In this document: positions 21,100 to 31,475 of the stretch, piece after piece | Layout: the number at the start of each line of letters is the position of its first letter | Position numbering within the stretch: the first letter of the stretch is position 1 | Assembly (NCBI GenBank): GCA_024626585.2 | Contig: JANKJI020000004.1 | Span: forward strand, 60,556,146 to 60,587,620 | Origin: Ginkgo biloba | Taxonomy: Eukaryota; Plantae; Ginkgophyta | DNA: 31,475 nt | Reading direction: 5' to 3' | The notes under the pieces: model-generated | Databases searched by the model: none | The model's input: the letters and a program-made list of their open reading frames with translations, nothing else | What the model was told of the DNA's origin: nothing | Made by a program: the position numbers and the translations under genes

Positions 21100-24000
21100 C
21101 CTTTTTTTTCTTTTTATTGAAAGGCATTTATGGAAAGCCATTTCTACAACTTCCATCTAGGGAACTTCCTTCTAATCATGATTCTAAAGCACCTGAAATT
21201 GAGAATGTTTATGATGGTTTCCTTAAAAATACTCCAAGAACTTTTGATGGTCCATAATCACAATGGATTAAGACTTATTCTTCCACCTAGACTTATCCTT
21301 ATTATTAGTTAGGGATTTCAAATCTTTCATTAGATTATATTCTTCTATAGAGGCCATCATAATAACTCTTACAATTATAGCCCCTACATCTTAAGAAGAA
21401 TATAATTCATCCTCTAAGTCCATACAAGGTATCTTTTCTAATCTTGAAAAGTTTAAGGATTTAATCCTTGAGTCATTATCCACCTTTAGGTGGTTCTTAC
21501 TCTTTTATACCCATTAATACAAGAATAGCTCCAAAATCTCAATCACCCTAATCACATGTGGTGTCTTGTATGTCTACATTAGTAAGCCCTTCTCAAGGGC
21601 AATCTTTGGTACAATGTTCAATTGTAGATTCCACTTAAAAACAAGTCAATCCTATGGATTATGGCACCAATCCTAGTCAACTAGATACTAATCCCTTTAG
21701 CACACAATATATTTTTGACCAATTATAAAATTGATCTTTAGCACAATTAGACAATTCCACACAAAACCCATATGTCATTAACAATGTTCTACCTATGCAT
21801 ATGGATAATTACACGGTTAATGTTCCTATACAAATAGTTTAAGAGACTCCTCCATTTGAAGGGAATCCTCCACCATAAATTAATCCTCCCTTCATGAGGA
21901 AACTAATATCTTAAAAGCAATACTTCTATGGTTGGAAGTAATTCTCCACTCATGAGACCATTATAGCTAGTTATTTACAAGGGAACATTCTTTTCTTTAT
22001 GAATCCTACTACCAATCCAATGCAGGTTACTCCTCCATTTGTGAGTCAACCATATGTAACCCCTTATGGAGGTGTTATGAAAGTACCATTGATAGAAACT
22101 TCCTACCCTATAATTGGAAATATACCTCCTCATAAAAGAGGCTAGAAAGCCATTCCTTCTCATCAAGGAGGTGAGTAAGTCATTCCTCCTCATCAAGGAG
22201 GTTAACAATCAATTCCTAACTAGGAGGATAATAAGTTCCTTATTTTCGATAAGTAGACCAACAAGTGATATCTCCTTAAGGAAGGCCACAACCGTCTTCT
22301 CCTTTACATCATAGAGGGAAAATAATTCTATAAGTTAGGATTATACCCTTCCAACAAAAAATGTTACCTCCCACACTAACATGTCATAAACTAGTCAATC
22401 CATGTTCTATGGTAATGTCCACTATTAACATGTCCCTTAGTTTAATACTGGTTAGAATCCATATTCTTTCACTCAACTAAGGTTTAAAATGTTTCCATAT
22501 GGTAATGATCTTTCTGACCAATATTTCCAACCATTTATTTAAAAAATAATTTGATAAGGATTTGTAGAAACTTATTCGTATCAACTCTCATATAATAAGA
22601 CATTTTATCATGTGCATTATCAATAAGATCAATAAATTCTTGGTTAATAGTCCCAATATGTACCTTTTTCCAATATCCCAAATGTATTTGATTGATTACA
22701 CTACCATATGTAATTATTAAATAATTAAAGTTAAACATGAATCATGTTTACCGTATCTTGAGGGATTTGATTCATCTTTAACTATCTCTCATACATATGC
22801 TCTTATCATTCATGATCCATTTGGAAATTCCCTCTCCTGTGCCTAAATTTTTAGTAACGGATGATGAGAATCCTCATCATCACTTAACTAAATTTAGGAT
22901 ATGGTGTAGTTATCACTTATATGATGACCCTATTAGGTTAAGGTTGTTTCAATGCTCACTTATAAAGGAAGTTGCCATGTAGTCTATATCATTACCACAT
23001 TAATCCATTTCCATACTAGATCAATAAAGGGACAGATTTCTTAAGAAATTTTAATCTTATATTCCTTGTATATATTCCATGAATCTTATAAGTAGTATGG
23101 AATATGAATCTAAAACCTATATTTCCCCATATAAATACTATAGAATATGACTACTATGGAATATGGCTATTATGGATAAGTGTCCCCATGGATACTCTAG
23201 AGAGGCTAGTTGTTGGTTTGCTTAAAACCTTCTTCGATAACATTCATTTCATGTCATGACCAAAATTCCTTTGGGATGAAGAACATGACATGCATAAATA
23301 TTTGATTCTATAAATTTATCTCCAAGAACTAGGTTATGGAGGAATTCTTTAATATATTCTAGTTGATTGAGAACATCCTTTTGAATATTTATATTCACTA
23401 AGGTAACCTCATTAAATGGTGAGTGATGGAATTAATGGTATTCTAATTAATTCATAACCATAAAAATAAGATATATTAGGCTATGTTATAGTTGATAATA
23501 ACCATACTAATCAAGACTCCCAAATCAATTTGGTTACCAACCAAAATAACTCCTTTACTACCAATCCTTCTAACTTGCAAGGGAAAAACCAAAATCATAA
23601 CAAAAAGAAAACTAAGAGAAAAAATAATAGGGGGAATCATGGTAGAGGACCAAAAAATAGATGGAAATGGTAGAGATAAGGAAGAAAGAAGGAAATTATA
23701 TTAATGTCCATGAGTGACAAAAGATGGTCAAAGGGATTGAAACATATATCATGTAATATAGACAAAGGGAGTACTCACAACTACTCCAATCCCTAAACTA
23801 AAATACCAAAGGTACAAAATAAAAATAATACAAGATAAAAATTACAATAGTAGAGACCCTAAGGTTTGTGGAGACATGTGGTTTATAGATAAGAAGGGGT
23901 ACATAGATCTCAAAACAAGGTTTAGAAAAGAGTAGTAGCCCCCATAAGGAAGAGCTCCATGAAATGGAGAAAAATAGTAGAGCTTGTCCATCAAGAAATT

Positions 24001-25300
24001 TCTACCAAAAGATATCTAAGATCCTCAAATGGGGAATAATAAAAGAGCTCATCAATTAGGAATTTTTTTCCATAATATCTTTGAGAACTTCTCTAAGAAT
24101 ATTATCTGGGGAGGGGTTCATTCTATCCAAATGTGCTCTTCTATAGGGCATAAATCAAAATCAAAATGATCCTAATAAACCTACTTTATGATACACCCTT
24201 TATAATATAAATACCCACAATAAAAATGATTTCCATTCTTAGGCCAAAGCTCTTAAATATATGAAATATCACGGGATTACACCAATCCTTTCCAAAGAGG
24301 ATTTTGTAGTACATCCATCGGTATAAAGAAGGATACACATGAATCCCTCCTAAAACAACTAATTATTCAATTGTAAATAATCATTATACTAGGTGTACTA
24401 ACATCATGGACTTAACTTATGACATAGATCCCAATTTACCAACATAGGAATTCAATTTCATTTACAATAAATATGCCATCTAAGCCTAACCTATCCTCTT
24501 CTATCAAGATTATTCATGTTAACATAAATGATAATGTCATGGTTAATAAAATATATATGGATTAACAAGCCCGTGAGAATATCTCTACTTTATAACTAAA
24601 TTAGTTCGATGCTCCTTGCATATACTAAGGCCTGAAACATTTACATAATTTCTATCCAATATGCCTCAATCTAATAGGCTTATGTATCTTAATAAACAAT
24701 CAACAAAATCCACTAATTTTAACATACCTTAAGATTTATCTAATGGCCCATCAACCATTTCTATTCTTCAACTACTATAATCATGTCCTAATCAAAATTC
24801 ATAATTGTTAAAGCTATTAGATGTGGTAGAAACTCCATTGGATAAGATAATTATCCTTAATCTATCTATTCTCACTAAAGAGAGTGCAATACCCACCAAA
24901 CTATTAAAGATAGTTCTTCAAGTTTTCCATCATAAGGTTTGGATATGCATCATCAATAAAGGATAAATTATCTGCATTATGTCTCAATCCACATTAAAAT
25001 ATTTAGGTTTTAAATTCTAGTTTGCATATTTTACATGCATGGGATAATTCTTCAATCGCTTTATCTAGTACCCTCTATAAATTATCAACTATATTTAAGG
25101 ATAAAATGGTTTCCATTAATGTATAGGTCATACAAAATGATTTATAATTCAATATATGTATAGTCATATATTATATTATCCAAATAGGGATAGTCATATC
25201 CACATTATATGGATTGATTTAGTTTCCCTTTACTGGATCCACCATGAGATTCCATTAGTTCAAGTATGAAGATAAGAATTTAAACACATTATATTCTCCA
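21100..25300 (+). mobile_element. Degenerate Ty3/gypsy gag-protease region
   Basis: 22840-23050: PKFLVTDDENPHHHLTKFRIWCSYHLYDDPIRLRLFQCSLIKEVAM*SISLPH*SI (Retrotrans_gag-like). 24943-25240: ICIINKG*IICIMSQSTLKYLG...KMVSINV*VIQNDL*FNI...ISTLYGLI*FP (aspartic protease-like). Boundaries are approximate. Confidence 0.75.
22121..22215 (+). repeat. Three ~30-bp tandem units (attcctYctcatcaaggagg...)
   Basis: Encode IPPHKRG / IPSHQGG / IPPHQGG in the Pro-rich region upstream of the gag core. Confidence 0.75.
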
Positions 25301-28300
25301 TATCAAATTAATTTAGTTCCCCAAGTATATATTATTTCACATATATCCATATCTACTACCTTTTCATTAATGGAAAATCTCCTAATTCTAGTTGAGACAT
25401 CCTTTGACATTAGCCTTTGACTTACAAATCTACCTCTAGGTTTAGAATTTATGGTTGGTTCCTTATCTATAAATCCACTTGTTGAAGAATCTAATTATTC
25501 TATAGTACTATTTATTAACATATACTAACAACCCATTCTCAATGTATTTGAGAGTGATGAAGCTATTTTGGATTTCATGTATGGGGACAAAAAATCATTG
25601 GATAAAATTTAACATAAATATGGGAAAATATATTACTTATCCTAGAAGTATCATTGGTTTTTTATTCCCCCTTATACGAGTCACTAAATGATAAATCCAA
25701 CTTATTTATGGATAATACGCATGTTATTCCACCATATATTTTGTCCAAGGAGGGTAAACTCCCTCCTTTTCTAGATGCATTTTTGTTGAAAGTGTATTTT
25801 TCTTTCTTTTCATTAAAATAGGAAGGATAAGCACATATTTATAAAAATGATCCTAAAACTAGGCATCCTCATTGAGAAATTTATCCTAGAGGAAAGGTAT
25901 TCCTCAAATGGAAAACATTTACTTAGCCACCATGCAAGGTGCCAAAACACCAAACTAAAATACCTCATACACCATGCAAGGAGATAGCATAAATATAACT
26001 AGTACCTCAATAGGAATCACATATAAAAAACTAATCAAAACCTTAGGGTCAAAATAAAAAAACCTAAAGGGAAAAAAAATAATAATAAAAAAATATAATA
26101 AAACTAGGACCACCATGAAGAGAACCACGAGGAAGAATCCCCCCAGGCAGGATAATTTGGGTGATTGGTCTCCCATCCTCACTACAATTCCAAGGTGCAC
26201 AAGCAAAAAATAATAATGTTAAATGATACCCAAAAGGGCTATATGATATCTAGAAATACCAAACCTATACCACCCAATACATAAGGAAAACCAACGAAGT
26301 CCAACTATCCTCATCTCAGTCAGTGACTAGATTAGGCTAGAAACTATTAAACAAGCCAGAGATTCTAGTTCCCAAGTGAATAAGAAAGCCACCAACTCCT
26401 CCTAGATAAAAAATTATGGCCTCACACTAGTGACCATGATAACTCTAAGATGAACAACATCCCCAAAGTAGCATACTTTTTATACATAACCCAACCCATC
26501 TCTACTGTAGGGGAGAATTATAAACCCTAAAACCACAAAATTGAACCAAACCAAATGAAATTGAGCTCAAGATATCTATCATAGATTCCTTCCAAAAGCA
26601 TAGAGAAATTTTTTCCCCCTAAAAAATATAAAATTGAGGTCTCCTTCGACTACTAGTTTGATCGCTATTAGGTATAAAGTAAAGAAACAATCATCATATG
26701 ATTAGAAGAGGGATGCCCCCTCCACTAGAAAATCCCCAGGGTCATCCTAGCCTCTCCCCTAAATGATCATTTGAAAATATTTTCTAGATGAATTTAAAGA
26801 AGGCTATCTCATGAATATTAGTNNNNNNNNNNNNNNNNNNNNNNNNNNNNNNNNNNNNNNNNNNNNNNNNNNNNNNNNNNNNNNNNNNNNNNNNNNNNNN
26901 NNNNNNNNNNNNNNNNNNNNNNNNNNNNNNNNNNNNNNNNNNNNNNNNNNNNNNNNNNNNNNNNNNNNNNNNNNNNNNNNNNNNNNNNNNNNNNNNNNNN
27001 NNNNNNNNNNNNNNNNNNNNNNNNNNNNNNNNNNNNNNNNNNNNNNNNNNNNNNNNNNNNNNNNNNNNNNNNNNNNNNNNNNNNNNNNNNNNNNNNNNNN
27101 NNNNNNNNNNNNNNNNNNNNNNNNNNNNNNNNNNNNNNNNNNNNNNNNNNNNNNNNNNNNNNNNNNNNNNNNNNNNNNNNNNNNNNNNNNNNNNNNNNNN
27201 NNNNNNNNNNNNNNNNNNNNNNNNNNNNNNNNNNNNNNNNNNNNNNNNNNNNNNNNNNNNNNNNNNNNNNNNNNNNNNNNNNNNNNNNNNNNNNNNNNNN
27301 NNNNNNNNNNNNNNNNNNNNNNNNNNNNNNNNNNNNNNNNNNNNNNNNNNNNNNNNNNNNNNNNNNNNNNNNNNNNNNNNNNNNNNNNNNNNNNNNNNNN
27401 NNNNNNNNNNNNNNNNNNNNNNNNNNNNNNNNNNNNNNNNNNNNNNNNNNNNNNNNNNNNNNNNNNNNNNNNNNNNNNNNNNNNNNNNNNNNNNNNNNNN
27501 NNNNNNNNNNNNNNNNNNNNNNNNNNNNNNNNNNNNNNNNNNNNNNNNNNNNNNNNNNNNNNNNNNNNNNNNNNNNNNNNNNNNNNNNNNNNNNNNNNNN
27601 NNNNNNNNNNNNNNNNNNNNNNNNNNNNNNNNNNNNNNNNNNNNNNNNNNNNNNNNNNNNNNNNNNNNNNNNNNNNNNNNNNNNNNNNNNNNNNNNNNCT
27701 ACTTTATTGGGGCCTACATGTTGGATCATCAACTCTAGCAACTAAGGATTAATAATTGATTCTTTTTTAATTGTATCCATGATGACCACCTTTGTAATGC
27801 AAAAAATAGGGTCTTATTTTCCCTAAGTAGAGGAAACATTAGGAGAACTAATATTAGCAGTATTCCTAGGCTTAGACAAAGACTCTCTTAAACTATAACT
27901 TCTAGATGTTGTTTTATCCTTAGTGGGAGGAAATTCTTCTTGATGCATCTTCTTCTACTTCTTACCCTTATTGATCTCATATTAATTTCCATCCCCTCCT
28001 TCTTCATCTATGTTACTTCAGTTAAGATCATTTCTCATCTTTTCAACTTTTTCTTGCCTCATCATACCAGGCTCTCCTTCACCATTGATGGTCTTTAGAG
28101 AGGAGATATGTTCTTATTTTCTAGCACCCTATGATGCCATCTTCTTTCTCTCACACTTATGCGTTCCCAAATCTCTTTATTTGTTAGAAATATCATTATT
28201 TTGAGAGAACTAATAACTACCTAAAATGACTCAGGGGATTACACTGCCTCTTCTTCTGTGAGCAACCCAATCATAATCAATNNNNNNNNNNNNNNNNNNN

Positions 28301-28429
28301 NNNNNNNNNNNNNNNNNTTCAGGATATAGGATGTGAAACAACATCCTTTTATTCTAATTTTAACATATGTATCTCATAATGTGATCTCTTTGAAGGATTT
28401 AAAACTGAATCATCTCTCCATGAATTAAT

Positions 28430-28790
28430 CTATTTTACTACTTGAGGGTGACCCTAGTAAAATTCCTCCACTTTCTTGAAAGAAAAATACTCTTTTGGGG
28501 AAGGTAAATCTAATATTTTATGAAAAAATATAAAATAATCTTGTCCATGATGTGGAAAGAGGGTGCATGGATCTTGTAAACTAATTATATTGTACATAGA
28601 GAATATTTTGGATGTTGTGTAGGTATTAACGGCTTCAGTAAATATGTGCGAAGGAATATCTTAGGTTACGTGAATTAGCATGACACATTTTGAAGCTCTA
28701 TTCAATTTTTAGGTCAGTGAGTTCTTTACCATTATTTTATGGCGTATTTCCTCGGTACCATGGAATAACATGCTCTAGGAGTGAGAAATT
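28430..28790 (-). mobile_element. Degenerate Ty1/copia integrase fragment
   Basis: NTP*NNGK (near 28748; cf. TPQQNG), IFTEAVNT (28645-28622; cf. FWAEAVNT) and GILLGSPSSSK (28466-28434; cf. GIFLGYSxxSK) occur in the expected order. Confidence 0.6.
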
Positions 28791-30040
28791 ATATGATATT
28801 ATTTTGTAATGCATGCNNNNNNNNNNNNNNNNNNNNNNNNNNNNNNNNNNNNNNNNNNNNNNNNNNNNNNNNNNNNNNNNNNNNNNNNNNNNNNNNNNNN
28901 NNNNNNNNNNNNNNNNTGTCATAATATTGATATTGATGCTAATGTTAAAGACAATTTGGAATAAATCCTAGGGTAGAGAAAGAAAAAGAAGTGATACTAA
29001 ATATGATAAAGATGAATTTATAGTATTATCTTAAGGGTAATAGAGGGGATCACTTTGTGAGTTTCACTGATAGAAGACCCAATTTTTGGTGGATGAATTA
29101 TATAGAGGCTCAAAATTTAACATGGAGTTGTANNNNNNNNNNNNNNNNNNNNNNACCCTTTTTTCCACCCATGTATTTTCACACCCATTTTTGTGATTAT
29201 GACATTTGTTGGTTATATTCATGGAGCATTATATCCTATTTAATACCTCTTACAACTCATTTGTGTTTACACTTGCATCACCATTACTCTTTAGCTCATA
29301 AAATTTATTTATATATTTCTCATAGTCATAAATCATTTAGTTTCATAGTTATCCTATTGTGCAACCAATTACATCATATTACTCAATAATGTGGATAGAT
29401 ACCATAAATAATCGACCACTTAAATCATACTATATTTCCACATGGGTTTTATGTACATCATTAACCATGAAAATTAATGAGTTATGGCTACTTACATATG
29501 TTATTTGTAATCTCTATATATATAGTCTCATGGCTTAAGACAATTCTATATCACTATATTTCATACATAATTAAGGCCATGAGGTTCATTTATTATATAA
29601 ATACATCTTTGTATTCAAGCCCAAGACATGGGGAATATATGATTATATTGTCTCATCTTATTTTATGGATCATGTCATATCATAAAAAAATATCATAGGT
29701 TGTTGAGAAGGATTGGCTTTTTGTTTATTGGAAAATGTTGTTAAAATAGGGTTACATACTATTGAGACAATAATAATATACATATCATGCATGATAGCAA
29801 TCATATCCAAGGGAGTATAACCTTGCATAAGAATCTCACCCAATCACACTTATCTATGTTTTGTATGTTTATACCATCAATTACTTCCTACTATCTAAAC
29901 ATTCTATAGGGGTATCTTTTGGCATAAAAATAACTGGAAACCATATTATATATATCTTTTTTTCCACTTATGGAAGAACATAATTGGTAACCATACTATG
30001 CCTCCTTCTTCTAATTCTTATTTTATTCCATATTTTTTAA

Positions 30041-30499
30041 TCATTTCATTATATAAATGGATTATATTCAATTTTTATAATAATCTTGTCAATTCCTCAT
30101 TGATCTTCAGGATCTGTATCCCCTATTTGCCTCTATTTCATAGGTTTGTTCATTCATTATTCATAGTTTTTTCATTGAATATTTCATTAAGTTCATGCCA
30201 TAATTTTCCTTATCTATGTAGTTCCTTTCCTTATCACAATGTTCCTTTCTTTGTTCTCTACACCATGCCTTTTCNNNNNNNNNNNNNNNNNNNNNNNNNN
30301 NNNNNNNNNNNNNNNNNNNNNNNNNNNNNNNNNNNNNNNNNNNNNNNNNNNNNNNNNNNNNNNNNNNNNNNNNNTCATTTCATTATATAAATGGATTACA
30401 TTCACTTTTTACTATAATTTTGGCAATTCCTCACTGATCTTTAGGATTTATAGCACCTATTTTCTCTATTTCATAGGTTTGTTCATTTATTATTCATAA
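30041..30499 (+). repeat. Diverged ~125-bp direct repeat (30041-30165 and 30375-30499)
   Basis: Both copies run tcatttcattatataaatggatta...ctctatttcataggtttgttcatt.attattcata, with many substitutions. Confidence 0.8.
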
Positions 30500-30522
30500 T
30501 TTATTGTGAAAAGGAATTTAGT

Positions 30523-30642
30523 ATCCTTTTTGTAATAAATTATATTTTTCACTCTATAACGACAACTGATTTATGAAATTGGATGATCAAAATAATCTAT
30601 TTTCTGTTGATGTAATTCTTTCCTCTTTTCTACATGGTAGAT
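30523..30642 (+). repeat. Diverged copy of the kiwellin upstream region 20469-20596
   Basis: cactctataacgacaactgatttatgaaattggatgatcaaa...ttgatgtaattctttcctcttttctacatggtag versus cactctacagcgacagctgatttacgaaattggacgacgatcaaattgatgcaattctttccccttttctacacggcag. Confidence 0.8.
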
Positions 30643-31475
30643 CCACTCTCAGATAGCCTCCTTTAATGGGCTTTGGGGACTCATAAGTATAATTTTCAAT
30701 GTTTTATGTTTGTTATTTTTCTATTTAATGAAACATTCTTAAGTCACAACCATCTATATGCCTAATCGTGGACATGTCAAAAGTCATATTCATTTTGGTC
30801 AACATAGGAAGTATCATGATAGTCACATGGAGGAAGTTCAAGTAATCAAATATTATTTTAAAGAGTATTTTCATGGATTATTCATATTAATATCATGATT
30901 TTTTTATTGATCTATGTTGCAATGGGTCTTCTATGACATTATATTAATAATTAATAAAGAAGCTTCATATAGCACCCACTCATGGTGTTTCAAAAAATAA
31001 AATAATAATTTTATATACATTAGCATTGCCTTTACAAATAGATCCTCAGTTACTACATTGCCTAATATTGTAATACAAAAAAATCTACATACACATCATC
31101 AAAATAAATTACACATAATCTAATGTGAGGTTGAGATCAAGTCATGATGGGACCATGTTAAAGGTGGTATTTATCTTTGGTCTCTTAGCCAGAAGTGGTG
31201 GAAAAAAATATTACATGTTAAGGTATCCTTGTAGATAAAACAATATAACCAACAATGTTCTTAATGAATGGCACATCCCCCTATGGCTAGAAATTTTATT
31301 TGGTTATTATTTAATCAATGTTACCACCTTTGTGTTTAATCAATAGGGGATTATGTTTCCCTCATAAGACACAACTACTAGGTGATTTCTTAAAAACTAT
31401 GAGGGTTTATAAGAATATTTATGAAGAAAAATTGATAAATCGAAATAAGAGAAGCAATGCTCAGAATCTTAAAAT

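Noticed and set aside
9536-27752. Long ORFs consisting mostly of X (e.g. 9536-10390, 11595-12267, 16421-16903, 26811-27752)
   Set aside because: They are artefacts of translating through N gaps.

Overview
AT-rich, gapped (N-containing) eukaryotic plant genomic window, probably from a large-genome seed plant (gymnosperm-like is a guess from the sHSP and retroelement sequences). There is one clearly intact gene: an intronless, secreted Kissper-containing kiwellin (19533-20237, minus). The first 4.5 kb is a small heat-shock protein cluster in which every copy is disabled: an orphan LEUNIG/LUH LisH exon, an intron-containing class II-like cytosolic sHSP pseudogene, an ER-type sHSP pseudogene, and a second, inverted copy of the class II-like gene. 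The two class II-like copies share sequence exactly up to a hairpin + CTAG|T (CTAA|T) motif. I read these as the 3' ends of two sister gene-capturing Helitrons facing each other across the ER sHSP, which is the most interesting structure here. The rest is decayed transposon sequence: an LTR rich in DRE/CRT motifs, an L1-type LINE, two Ty1/copia relics, three Ty3/gypsy relics (one Tat/Ogre-type with an extra RNase H), a tRNA-derived SINE with a target-site duplication, and a deaminated copy of the kiwellin upstream region 10 kb away. All alignments and translations were done by eye, with no database searches.
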